NCBI RefSeq assembly: GCF_041956535.1 | Contig: NW_027192194.1 | Coordinates: forward strand, 403,444-467,443 | Source: Calcarisporiella thermophila CBS 279.70 | Lineage: Eukaryota; Fungi; Calcarisporiellomycota | DNA: 64,000 bases | Direction of reading: 5' to 3' | Shown here: piece after piece, positions 49,453 through 61,357 of the stretch | Layout: each line of letters opens with the position of its first letter | Numbering within the stretch: the first letter of the stretch is position 1 | Position numbers and translations under genes: made by a program | Notes under the pieces: generated by a model | Databases searched by the model: none | What the model saw: only the letters and a program-made list of their open reading frames with translations | What the model was told of the DNA's origin: nothing

Positions 49453-51000
49453 TTAGAGATCCTTCTTTGCCTCGCCCGCCTTCTCGAGATACACGTCGCT
49501 TGGGTCGTATTCCTGGCTTGCCTCGATCTCCGCCACCTGCTTCGACCAGAGATTGAGCAGCTGGCTCTCCGTCTGCTTGTAGGGGGGCGAGCGGTGGCTT
49601 TTCCCGATGCGGTCCCACAGCGTGCTGTACTGGCCGTAGTTGTAGTTGAAGTAGAGGTGGTGGATGGTGTGGTGCGCGCTCGAGTTGATCACGGGATTGT
49701 TGGTGAGAAGCTCGCCTAGAGGGGGAGGGAGAGAGGGAGAGGTTAGCAGCCGCGCGCGGCCAGAGGCTGGGCGGGAAGAGGCGGCACGTACCGTCGTGGA
49801 TCAGGATGGTCCAGAAGTTGACGAAGACGAACATGAACAGATACAGGTAGCGGTGCATCGGCACCAGGTACACAAACAGGTGGTACGGCACCGACTGCGA
49901 GTAGCCGTCGAGCGGGTGGAACGCGTGCGAGGCAAAGGGGGTCGGCACTACCAAAAAGGAAGAGCAAATTAGGTTCCCGATGCGGTAATTTAGGGTTTGC
50001 ATGAATGAGCGTACCGAGCCAGCGATGGTGGGGCTATGGCGGATCATGGAGCAGCAAGAGAGGATGGTTAATAAGTGAGCCGGCGCGCGAAGACGCTCTC
50101 GGGCTTACCTTGTGGAAGCGGGCATACAGCAGGCGGTGGTGCAGCGCGCGGTGGATCCAGTAGATGCAGAAGTCCGTGAAGGCGAGGAAGGCAAACACCG
50201 AGAAGAGCAGGTACGGCCACCCGTAGTCGTCGACGTTGGTGTACAGCTTGGAGTAGCCCCGCACCTCGAACAGGAACCACGGCACGGTGTACAGCGACAG
50301 GAATGGGATGGAGGAGCAGGCCAGGGCAATCTCCTTCCTCACCTGGCCCTTCAGGAACTTGGGATGCTTCATGAGCTCGCGATCGTAGAAGAAGAAGTAC
50401 GAGATGCTGGCGAAGAGGAAGTAGAAGGTGTAGCCGCCGAGGGCGACGATGAGGAAGAGGGAGGCCGATTGGCGGAAGATGTCATCCCGAGGCAATGCGC
50501 TGATGGACAGGGTGGTGCTGTTGCCGNNNNNNNNNNNNNNNNNNNNNNNNNNNNNNNNNNNNNNNNNNNNNNNNNNNNNNNNNNNNNNNNNNNNNNNNNN
50601 NNNNNNNNNNNNNNNNNNNNNNNNNNNNNNNNNNNNNNNNNNNNNNNNNNNNNNNNNNNNNNNNNNNNNNNNNNNNNNNNNNNNNNNNNNNNNNNNNNNN
50701 NNNNNNNNNNNNNNNNNNNNNNNNNNNNNNNNNNNNNNNNNNNNNNNNNNNNNNNNNNNNNNNNNNNNNNNNNNNNNNNNNNNNNNNNNNNNNNNNNNNN
50801 NNNNNNNNNNNNNNNNNNNNNNNNNNNNNNNNNNNNNNNNNNNNNNNNNNNNNNNNNNNNNNNNNNNNNNNGATGTCATCCCGAGGCAATGCGCTGATGG
50901 ACAGGGTGGTGCTGTTGCCGCCGAAGCTGTGGTCCGGGAGCAGGTGCGCATACAGCGAGTCAAAGACGTAGTGGTCGAGCGTCTCCAGAACGACATCCAT
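49453..51000 (-). CDS. ERG3: C-5 sterol desaturase (spans the N gap)
   Basis: Starts [14 protein letters not shown]. '[14 protein letters not shown]'; His boxes [10 protein letters not shown]|PHHRW and HHTIHH; '[14 protein letters not shown]'; '[12 protein letters not shown]'. Confidence 0.95.
50527..50871. other. 345-nt assembly gap flanked by an identical 49-bp sequence
   Basis: 50478-50526 equals 50872-50920 (gatgtcatcccgagg...gctgttgccg). Confidence 0.95.
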
Positions 51001-51162
51001 CTTCGATCCAAACACAGGCGAGAGGGCTGAGAATCGGAGAGGAGAGATGGAACAATTTTTTTGGATTTTTTGTTGGGTAAATATACCAATGCCTGGAGGT
51101 TGCCCTGCGCGAACGCTTAAGCTTCGGGCTCGTGACACCGGTGTTGATTAGTCCATGAAAAT

Positions 51163-51172
51163 CTCGTACGAT
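51163..51172 (-). promoter_or_regulatory. SREBP-type sterol regulatory element-like site (ATCGTACGAG) upstream of ERG3
   Basis: 9/10 match to the ATCGTACGAT-type fungal SREBP palindrome, about 165 bp upstream of the ERG3 ATG. Confidence 0.4.
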
Positions 51173-51813
51173 AAATTTTGCCGGCGATTTGCACTCTAAG
51201 CTGAGCGGAGCGATTCCAGCGTGGAGGATTTTCCTCGGCAAAACGGCGGAATAATGCGGCCGGCAGGTGCGGGTTGCGGGTGCGGGCAGCGGCCCAGGGG
51301 AGGGGGCCGCCCGGCCGTGCCCTAAACCTGCGCTCCTTCCTTGGCTCATCCCCTCACGCAATTGGAGTATGTTACTCAAAATTAACCGTGCATATTTTCA
51401 TGCCGATTGACATGAGGCAAGCCCGCCCGCCATGTGGAGGGGACAGGCTCCTGCAGAATGATCTAATGCGGGTGTCATGAGACGGCGGTAACAGCCTTTT
51501 TGAAGGCATACACAGACTTTCTCCCCTCAGAGCGTGGCCCCGCCTCTCCTGATCCACGTTTGAAGAAGCGCAGCCACACGGCCCCTCTGAGTGCCTGGCC
51601 ATGACCCCCGTCCAGTCAGCAGCCACAGAAAGTGGCCTGCCTTTGCTTAAGCTCTCTAGCCAAAAGAGCATGCATTCCTCGCATCAAAAGGACAACACAA
51701 TCACAAGAGAACAAGGCGGTAGCTTTTTTTTTAACAAAAATCAATCGTTTTATCTGCTGTACAAAATGAGGGGGAAACATAAAAGTAGAGGGAATAAAAA
51801 AACAAGCATGACA

Positions 51814-52401
51814 TCAGGAGAAGTTGAACTTGTTGAACACGCGTTCCAATGGCGACTGTGCAGCATCTAGTCCAAAGCGTGCAAGCCTGTAAAGAAGGGG
51901 AGAAAGAAGAGTGAATCACACGCATGCGCCATCAGCAGCAAAAGAGGATAGATTACGTGGAAAAGCCGCGGCGCACCCACCGTCCATTGAGCTTCTTTGC
52001 CGTCTGTGCATTGTTCCGCGTGCGCTGTCCTCGCACAGGTAATCCCATGGCATGCCGCCTTCCGACGTAGCTTCCGATCTGGCGATGATGCATAATGTGT
52101 GCTCGAATCTCGCGCTTCAGGTCGCTCTCAATGGTGAGGCCGCTCAACACCCCGCTCAGCTGATTGACCTGGAGCTCGCTGAGATCGCCGACTTTGCATG
52201 TCTTGTGGAGACTTAGCTGGTCACAAATAGTTTGTGCACGCTGGCTCCCGATCCCATAAAAGTACGTAAGGGCCACTCTGGAGATTAGAGGATAGTTAGA
52301 GGGCTTTTCCTAAAAAAAAAACAATCGGAGAGACTAGGAGCAGGGTGCACTCACCGTACGATTTTCTTATCCGGAAGGTTGACACCCAGGAGATGCACCA
52401 T
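51814..52401 (-). CDS. SWS2: Mitochondrial ribosomal protein uS13m (Sws2)
   Basis: 'MVHLLGVNLPDKKIVRVALTYFYGIG...IGSYVGRRHAMGLPVRGQRTRNNAQTAKKLN'. Two introns; the second gives a 24-aa tail. Confidence 0.9.
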
Positions 52402-52551
52402 GATGTACTGATCTACTTGATTGAAGTTTCGAAGGGCCCTCCCGAGCTAGATTTCAATCCAAGGAAGGCTTGTGTTTACTTGTGACTCTCAATTTTAACA
52501 CTCGTCTGGAGCTCGATACGGCCACCTAACCTGCATAACCTCCATAACACC

Positions 52552-53601
52552 ATGTCACGGCCAGAACATCAAGGACCCCCAGAAATTGTATGCACGATGC
52601 TTCCATTCACTACGCTCTGCCTCTTTAACTCAATGTTGTCTTCCCATTATTACTAGGTTTACAACGATGATGAAGCCAAAAAATATACCACAAAGTATGA
52701 TCATCAAAGCTTTTCATTGACTAGCGCCTGCATTAACATCTCCCCCTCTTTTATTAGTTCACGGATACAAGCAATCCAGGCCGAAATGGCTTATCGCGCT
52801 CTCGAGCTTCTGAATCTGCCTCCGGGACAATCATCCTACTTGCTCGATATCGGCTGCGGATCCGGCCTAAGTGGCGAAATCTTAGAAGACGAAGGACATA
52901 TCTGGGTTGGTATGGACATTGCCCCCTCTATGCTCGGTAGGCTAGCTCTGTAGAATGCAGCTTTCTTGACCAAAAATTAAAAAGCACCCTCTGCTCTTCT
53001 AGACATCGCAAGAGAACGAGAGGTAGAGGGCGATCTCTTCCTCCAAGATGCCGGCCAGGGCATGGCCTATCGGCCAGGCACTTTTGATGGTGCCATCTCT
53101 ATCTCGGTGCTCCAGTGGTTATGTAATGAAGACAAGCGCGGCAATAACCCCCGGCGTCGTCTACAACGCTTTTTCTCCACCCTCTATTCCTCCCTGCGTC
53201 GTGGTGCCCGCGCTATCTTCCAATTCTACCCGGAGAATGACAATCAGTGCGAGCTAATCATGAATGTGGCCATGCGGTGTGGCTTCGAAGGGGGTCTGCT
53301 GGTGGACTATCCAAACTCGAAACGGGCAAAGAAGTACTATTTGTGCTTGTTTGCAGGGCAAGCTCCCGGAGAACAAAAACAGGAGATGCCCAAGGCTCTT
53401 GGGGAGGAAGAGGAAGGCGAGCCCAATGGGGTTGCCTATGAGGGACGAAGGTTGCATGAGCGACGGAGGGGGGATAAGAAGCGACGGCCTGTTAAAGACA
53501 AAGACTGGATCCTCCGGAAAAAAGAGGTGGCGCGGCTGCGGGGCAAGCAAACCGCCAACGACAGCAAGTACACTGGAAGAAAGCGTCGCGTCCAGTTTTA
53601 G
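52552..53601 (+). CDS. BUD23: 18S rRNA m7G methyltransferase Bud23/WBSCR22
   Basis: '[11 protein letters not shown]', '[12 protein letters not shown]', '[15 protein letters not shown]', 'QFYPEN', '[14 protein letters not shown]', 'SKYTGRKR'. Confidence 0.96.
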
Positions 53602-54011
53602 AATTCCGTACTTATCCTACTTTTGCCATATCATTTTACTTTTTTAATACAACATGAATTCTACTTTCTATTCGGATGGACAAAGGCGATGGAAGCATTC
53701 CTGAACGGCTAGTATGCCCTGCCGTCTAAAAAGGCAACTCTCGACACAACCTTCCTTTGGTAAAAGTAGAATGCCTCCATCAAAGGAGGAGCACCTGGGT
53801 ATGGTACGCATTTTGGTAGGAGCTCGACTATCCGCACGAGAATGGCCACAAGAAGTGAAGCTTTGACTGAAGTAGTGAGGGAAACTTCAACCTAAATTAG
53901 AGCATGGATCCACTTAACTCTCTATTTCTCGCTCCCCCCCCCTAGAAATAGTGTTATGATTAAAAGCATGCGCCAGTGCTTACTCTAAGAATTAAGCCAG
54001 TTTCATACAAG

Positions 54012-54108
54012 TTTTCGCGTTATGAAAGAATTAAGGTAGGAAAAGCAGAGACGGATAGAACACCACCGATTTCATCATTTCGGCAATTTAGAAATTGATT
54101 TTCGCGTT
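54012..54108. promoter_or_regulatory. Two TTTTCGCGTT boxes (E2F/MBF-like) upstream of the SET-domain gene
   Basis: Exact 10-mer at 54012-54021 and 54099-54108, 170-265 bp upstream of the ATG at 54277. Confidence 0.5.
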
Positions 54109-54276
54109 TTTCTTTTTTTTTTCACCCCTTTCTCCCAACTAAACCCGTCATTGAACATAGATGCCATCGCCATCTTTTGATTGATTGAATTGGCTATAGA
54201 TTAGAAACTACGGACGATTTCTCAATTGCTCGTCTACACTCTCCCTTCCCCTCCTCCAAGGCTCAATTGACATGCT

Positions 54277-55997
54277 ATGGCAGAACTCGAATCAGCAGCG
54301 GACAGAGAAAACACGGACACGAAAGTGACAGCCGCCGATCAGACTGCGATCTCCGCCTCTGAGGCCACAAGACAAAAGTCGCCATCGAAATCGGATACCG
54401 ATCAACTGCCTCCCCTCCCCCCGCTCTCCATCCCCTTAACCTGCGTCTCCTCCCCCTCCGCCAATTCTACCGAATTCTCCCCGTCTAATCGTCGCCAATC
54501 CCAACGCTCAGGGCTGAACTCCCCTTCCTCCCCCGCGACACAGGATGGCTTATCCGATTCCTCCATGGCCGGAAGAGGCGCTAGGCGCCAGGCATCTCAG
54601 CGTAATAATTACATTATCCGCCCCAAGCGGCCGTACCGCCCCCGCTGGCACAACCAGGGCTACATGGTGTTCCTCGCACTAAGATCGTCGGGCAAAAAGT
54701 GGATGGCCAGGGGAGAGCTCTGTAGGACGGCCGTGGAGCTGGATGAAAAAATAAGCAAGCAGAGAGGTTTGCCGCGGGTATTCCGCAGCAAGGTAAGTTG
54801 TTGTGGTTGCAGTTGTCATTGATGTTTTATTGTTGGAAATGAAGGAGACATCTCATCTCCCATCAATCCTAGACACCCATTAACAGCGCAAGCGCGGTTT
54901 TGACCACCAACTCCGATAAGTTGTTTGTTGCCTTTAAACCGGAAGGAGAGCGAAGCACCTACTTCCGCCTCTCTTACGAGCCTGCCAACTTCGACCAGGC
55001 TGTTAGCACCTATAACGAGTGGATGAAGAAGCTGATAGAGCACGACTGGCCGCTATGTTTCGGCGTTCCAAAAGAGAAAAACGGGCTGTCGGCGGACGAG
55101 GTTGAGCAGACTTCGACCCAGACCGCGGATGGCCACGAGAGGAAGAACGAGAGCTCAACGGGCGAAGGAAATGGGGAGGGCGAGCTAAAGCGCAAGCATG
55201 TGGAGGAAGGAGAGCAGGAAATCGTAAAACGGCAGAGGGCGCAAGAAACCGACCCGGAGCTGGCCGACATGACCAGGACGGAAAATGGCGTCCATGGTCC
55301 ACCCAACCCCGAGCTGAATGGCGGCCCTGGGCAGGAGCAGCTGCTCTCTGAGCAACCGGCCACAAGCGAGGGTGACGAGGATGCGCCGATATTTTCAAAG
55401 GACCTCGCCACCGCCTCTGAGGCCAAGACGCTGCCGTCGGACGATCCGAGTTGGGTGAACATTGAGGATTTGGATCTTTCTAATGTGCCGAAATCGCTCG
55501 ACGACATCGTCGAGGTCCGGCCTTCCACCATCCCGGGCGCTGGCCGTGGGCTTTTCGCAAAGCGCTTTTTGCCGTTCAACACACCCCTCGGGTTCTACTT
55601 TGGCGTTCCAATGACAGAAGATGAATTCGACTCCATGAAGGATGGGGTCGGGATCGCCTCCTCTTACTCCATCATGTACCGGAAGACCGTGCTCGACGCG
55701 ACGGATGAGAACGGACAGCCATTCACCGATCCAAATGGCAAGCTCTATTGTCATTTCCACTTCATGAATGAGAACACTTCCGGAGGCGGCAACATCACGT
55801 TCCTGGAAGGAAACACCGTCAATCAGGTCATTTGCTGGACAACGCGCGACATCCAGCCCGACGAGGAGCTCTTTGTGTACTATGGCAAAGAGGTCGATCG
55901 CGAACACTGGAACAGGAGCGGGAGTGAGGCCACGAATACGGGCGAGCACCCAGGCGGCCAGAATGAGACACTGCCTGAGGATTCTCCGTCCACATAG
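54277..55997 (+). CDS. SET-domain protein with an N-terminal winged-helix (HARE-HTH-like) domain
   Basis: One intron (~54793-54873) joins '...LPRVFRSK|TPINSASAVLTTNSDKLF..F.PEG.RSTYFRL'. C-terminal SET: 'STIPGAGRGLFA...GFYFG...LDA...HFMNE...N..F......TTRDIQPDEELFVYYG'. Confidence 0.85.
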
Positions 55998-56455
55998 GGC
56001 TTCCTCTCGCGATAGAGCTGTTTATCCCGCTGTCTTATTTTCAATTTGTTTCTTCATCATCCTATACTCTCTCTCTTCCCTCCCTTCCTTCCTCCCTCCT
56101 TCTCTTATCTCTCTCTTCACTTTGGCTATTTTCATTTTAACTCCATTGATGCCATTTTACAGTTTGATTTGATATTTTTTTTCTTCTATCCCCCCTCAAA
56201 AGCCCTTTCTCTTGTATTTTTTTTTCCAAGGTTCGATTTTCCTTTATTTTCTATATGAATATCAAAATTTCAATCCTTTTTGAAATCGTGCCGCGATTCG
56301 TTAGCTCCACTCCTCTTGTCAAAAAAACCGGGAGCATGCATTTGCATTAATATCTCTGGACCTTGTGACCACCGAGACCGCGTGAAATTTTCTTCGCATT
56401 TTCCTTCCCGTTTTCCTCATCTCCACCTCCTCGCTCCCCGTCCCCCCCATCGATA

Positions 56456-57640
56456 ATGGCAAACCAAGAACTCATCACCACATCATCCGCATCCCGGGAT
56501 CCTCCAGTGGCTCAATCCGACAAATCCCCTGAGCCCGTGGTCTGCTTCTTTCACGAGCAGCCACAAGAGTATCGGGATGGAGGGGAAAGGTACATGATAT
56601 CCCCCGCAACCACGATTGCACAGCAAAAGAAGTTCGTGGTTGGAGGGGACGACACGGATAGCGAGGCGACGCCGGAGCTAAGTGGAGAGCGAGGGGCCAT
56701 TCTAAGTGATAAGGGCATGGATCGGATGCCCTCCTCCTTTGACAATCGTTTATTTTCGCGTCCGTCTTTGGGAGAGCCCAACATGAAGGCGTGGGAAGCT
56801 GGAAAGGACACCGAGCCCCCGATCGCCGCCCAGGAAAACGCAGCAATGGAGAGGCTAAAGGAGGGCTGCGAGGAAAAAGAAGGGCCTCCTCCACCACCCC
56901 AACCCGAATTCCACCCGGGGGAGCCTATTAGTAATGAGGAGCCATTGCCATCGACCATAACGCCTCCGACCAGCGAACAATACGTCTACCATGGAAGACC
57001 TGTGGCACCTGTTCCAGGCGAGAACACGCCGAACCTGCCGGCGGAGCCCGTCCCCACTGAGCCAGCCCCTGAAGCGGTAAACCTGGGCCAGGACCCCGCC
57101 CAGACACAGGCCTATCAGGCGTGGTCCATTGCGCGCACCAATGCAAACCGCAAGCCAATGGCCGGCAAACCGCAGCGATCGATACCCACTCCAGATACCA
57201 ACCCATCGCATCTCCAAGCAACGTCTGGCGTGAAGTTGCCCACCTCTCTTCCCCTCCAGCCCTCGCTGCCGCCCGACATCGACTCACCCCCTCGCCCGAC
57301 CCCCGGCCATCCCGCCCCAACTCCCCCCAGCCCCCACGATAATCACTCCTCCCCCCCCTCTCTCCCCGGCTCGACCTACCCATCCACAGCGCATACCCCC
57401 CTCTCACGCACGCAGCAAAAGCTGTTTCTCCAACGCCAGCATGTCCTTGCCGAGGACCCCAACCACCTCGCGCACCCTCGCAACCAGCGATTGCTGAAGA
57501 AAGAGATGGAGAGGCTAAATCGGGAATACGTTTGCCTACGGAGGTTCGAGGATCCCATCATGGACTCCTTGCAACGGTGTTTCGCACGGAAGCAGCAGAT
57601 GGGCCTAGGATCCCAGCCGTCTTCAGCACGTTCACACTGA
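56456..57640 (+). CDS. TORC1 subunit Tco89-like protein
   Basis: Intronless, disordered and Pro-rich, with C-terminal 'SRTQQKLFLQRQ...KEMERLNREYVCLRRFEDPIMDSLQR'. Confidence 0.75.
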   Translation: MANQELITTSSASRDPPVAQSDKSPEPVVCFFHEQPQEYRDGGERYMISPATTIAQQKKFVVGGDDTDSEATPELSGERGAILSDKGMDRMPSSFDNRLFSRPSLGEPNMKAWEAGKDTEPPIAAQENAAMERLKEGCEEKEGPPPPPQPEFHPGEPISNEEPLPSTITPPTSEQYVYHGRPVAPVPGENTPNLPAEPVPTEPAPEAVNLGQDPAQTQAYQAWSIARTNANRKPMAGKPQRSIPTPDTNPSHLQATSGVKLPTSLPLQPSLPPDIDSPPRPTPGHPAPTPPSPHDNHSSPPSLPGSTYPSTAHTPLSRTQQKLFLQRQHVLAEDPNHLAHPRNQRLLKKEMERLNREYVCLRRFEDPIMDSLQRCFARKQQMGLGSQPSSARSH

Positions 57641-58455
57641 CACGTTATGTTTCCCCATGTTTGATTTGTTTTTCTAGCAATATCTCTTTTTTCCTTGTGA
57701 AATAGTTTTTGTTTCCCCCCTCTCTTGGCTGAGCAGAAATATCCCACTCTACCCTGCTCTTATTCTGTAGCATTATCATTTGTTTTATTTTCTTGTATTT
57801 TTGTTATCTTCTCTAATGAACCAAGGCCCCAACTCGCCAACCAGACTTGGGAAGTGGAAAGGAGGGAGAGAGAGACCGAGAGAAAATAAGGCTAGCTAGG
57901 TCCACCCTATCCCTTCCACCAGCCCAGCTGTGTGATGAAGAGCAAGTTCCACAGTGCCCCTCTTTTTTTTTGTTCTCCACGCTTTTTGCACAACAACAAC
58001 AAGCGCTCTTAATTTCTCCTTCCCTCCAGCTGCAGCCCTAAATGGGGCCAATCAGTGAGCCACCCTAGTTGCGGGAAATGCTAGTTGTGTCGGGAAATTT
58101 GAGTGCCTAATTTTTTAAATTAGCCCAAGCCACTTAATTAACTCTAAGAAACAAAACTTGTTCTCCCCCCCCCCCTCTCTAACCGTTCCTCCCCGTATAT
58201 TTCCTTCCGCTTCGCTTTTAGAAGGCCTATGAAGATCGCATTCCTGATGCGATGCACTGGAGAATTTTAGCTTGACGCGCACGTCTCATCATGATTCTGG
58301 ATTTCTCTCATTATTTATCCGCCTAATTTCGTAATTCATCCCATTCAGCTCTTTATACTCTTTCGGATTAGCTGCTCCTCTCTAATATTTGCCCCTCCCT
58401 CCATCTTTCCACCATCGCACCCCCTATCCTTACCTGAAAACGCCTGGCCATTGCA

Positions 58456-59649
58456 ATGTACCCGCCCCACGACGCGCCCATTTCAAAAAAAGGGGGCGTG
58501 CCCGCGCCATTCGACCCACACTCGCTTCCCACCCTAGACCAGGTGCTCGCCCGCACCACCCGCCCCCCCGTCTGCCTCTATAGTTTCCGCCTCTTTCTCG
58601 AGAGGCGCCATCTCTCGGCAGAGCTTCTCTTTTGGCTGCATTTGCGCGAGCTTGAGCAGCTACAGAGGCTGCATATGCGCCAGCTGAAGCGCACCGCAAG
58701 TCAGCAGGATCTGGTGTCGGACCTGGAGCAGGATGCATGGGGCCCGGAGGCAAACCAGAGGGGGCCGGAGGGGACCCGTAGACTGTCACAGTTGTTGGCC
58801 AAATTCTCGTTCGGCGAGACGGAGCCGCTCGCGCTCTTCTCGCCGTCGGCAGCGTCGCTGGATTCGACGCCCACCCCCGCAAGCACCTCCTCCCAGCAGC
58901 ACATCACCGCGGTGGCGATGCCGCGGATGATCCTCCATCGGGAATCGCTGCTCTCCGGCCTGGATCTCAACCAGGAGATCGCGCCCCAGACGGTCCGCGA
59001 TTGCGCCCGCCGGGTCTACCAAATGTACATCCCCATCAACGCCGACCGCGAGCTCCTCGGCGTCGACCTGGACGTGCGCGCCCGGGTGGTCGACCGGGTT
59101 GGCCGCGGCGAGCTGGAGGACCCATGCTTCTCCGCCGAGGTCTTTGCCGAGGTCAAGGAGCACGTGCACAGCCGCCTCGAGCAATACCATTTCCCGCTCT
59201 TCATGGCCTTCAGCACCACGCGAAACCTGACGGAGCGGCATGCGTTTTGGAGGCTGGTACTGGGGCTCTTCATGGTGTTCTGCGGCTTCACCCTGATGCT
59301 CACCCTGATCTTCACAGACGTGCCCCGGGTCGACCGCCTCTGGGGCGTGCTCCCCTTCTGGGTCGGGATGTACAACTTGTCGGTGGGGTGGACGGAGCTG
59401 TGCCCTCTGACGGTGCTTGTCGGTCGACTCTAGTAAGTTTCTTAGGTTTTTTTTTTGGGAGGAGGGTGTCCCTGACTGAAACGCTCTTTTGGTTGTAGCG
59501 AGACGAGCGCCCTGCGCTTTGCACGGATCGAGGAAAAGAGTGTGCTCAAGATGCTGGTCAGGCTGGCCATCCAACAACTCGTCGCCTCCTTGATCCCCGC
59601 GCTGGTTATCACTGCACTTTTCTGCGCGATTCCTGGCCGCCGGCTGTAG
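58456..59649 (+). CDS. RAX1: Rax1-type RGS-domain membrane protein (polarity/bud-site landmark)
   Basis: 'LPTLDQVLARTTRPPVCLYSF...LLFWL', RGS-like core, three TM helices. Ends 'AIPGRRL*' after one intron. Confidence 0.85.
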
Positions 59650-60218
59650 TCTCACCCCTCTCACCCTCCCCCTCTTTTTTTTCTTTAATTATTTGCCTAT
59701 GTGCCTGTGTGTGGTCTGCCAATGTATTTAACACTAAAGCCTTCGCTTCTCTCTCTTTTTTTAACCCCCTCTTCCCCACCCCCACCCCCTTCCTCTGTCT
59801 CCCTTGGAGGGTCTACATATGCTTCTCTAGCCCTGCTCCTTCAACTTGTTTTACTACCCGTAATTTGCTTTAATATTTCATCCCGAGCTTTGTTTTCCCC
59901 CCTTCCTCAAACTGTTTTATTCCACTTTCGAATAATTCGAATCTCCTGTCCATGGAATCGAAACCGAGGCCCGCGGCTATGGGACCGCTTCATTTTTTGG
60001 CCGAAGCTCCCCCATTTTCCCGCGACTAATAAGCATCGGGGAGGTTGGGAGCTGAGTTCCAAGCTATGGAACCGGCTTCCCGAGGTTCATGAATCTGTTG
60101 GGACCAATTTGATCAGGCCGTCAAAGAGCACCGAAATTTCATATGAAATTAGATTCCTTTTTCGTGACCTACTTTCTGGCCGTTTTCTGCACTGCACAGT
60201 AGAGAACCACCACCCATC

Positions 60219-61357
60219 ATGAGTTTCGACAATCTTTTTGACGTTAAAGATAAAGTGGTGCTTGTCACCGGAGGGAGCCGTGGGTAAGCCCCGATGCTCT
60301 CCTTTTCATATTCCCATTCCCCCCACTGACCGCTTATATTTATTTGCCTTGTCGATGAAGCATCGGTGAGATGATTGCCGCGGTAAGTCTTGGAGAGCCG
60401 TTTTCATGCCTTGCCAAGCCATTCCGTCTAATATTTCCCTTGCCTTCTCTCCCAATCTCACTCTTTGTGGGTGTAGGGCTTCGTTGCCAAGGGATCTAAG
60501 GTGTACATCACTAGCCGGTCAGCCAAGGCCTGTGACGAGGTAAATGGTCCATGATTTCCCCGCACGTGGAAAAGTGTCCCTAACGAGGCTACGGCTTCAT
60601 TCGCTCAGGTCGCCACCAGGCTCAATCAAAAGGGGCCGGGCCAGTGCATCAGCATCCCCGCCGATCTTCAAAAGCAATCCGAAATCAATCGGCTTGCTGA
60701 CGAATTGAAGAAGCGAGAGCAGCATCTTGATGTGCTCATCAACAATGCCGGCGCTAACTGGGCAGAGCCGCTGGACACCTACTCGGAAGCCGGATGGAAC
60801 AAAGTGCTCAACTTGAACGCGTCGGCCCCCTTTTTCCTGACTCAGGCGTAAGTGATTACTGTTGATTGCCAATGGGTTAGAGCGAGCACCCACGCTAGTT
60901 CTCTCTCTCTCCCACTCTCCTTCTTAATACCTTGGGACTAACTGTGATGTACAGGATGCTCCCTCTCCTCACCGCCAAGGGAACCCAGGAGAACCCGAGC
61001 AGGGTGATCATGATCGGGTCCGTCGATGGCATCCGGGTACCCATCTTCGAGACGTTTGCGTACAGCTCGGCCAAGTCAGCGCTCCATCACGTCTCGAGGC
61101 ACCTGTCGGCGCACCTGGCGCCTCGCGGCGTCACCGTGAACGTGATTGCGCCCGGCCCATTCGAGTCCAAGATGATGGCGGAGACCATGAAGCGGTTTGG
61201 AGACGTCATCAAGGGCTCCAACCCTCTTGGCCGAATCGGCACCCCGGAGGATATTGCCGGGACCTGCATTTACCTAGCGTCGCGGGCGGGGGCCTACACG
61301 AACGGGTCCACCATCGTGGTGGACGGAGGCAGTCTCTACAGCACCGCACGCCTATGA
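60219..61357 (+). CDS. Short-chain dehydrogenase/reductase (RhlG-like) with PTS1 (-ARL)
   Basis: TGGSRGIG, NNAG, catalytic YSSAK, 'VNVIAPG', 'GRIGTPEDIAG', 'VDGG'. C-terminal ARL. Confidence 0.92.

Noticed and set aside
50034-51138. ORFs of 190-350 aa spanning the N run
   Set aside because: Artefacts of translating Ns; the real CDS is ERG3 starting at 51000.
58430-59664. 292-aa antisense ORF over RAX1 (and similar ORFs over the APC permease)
   Set aside because: Expected from high GC3 on the sense strand; no recognisable domain.
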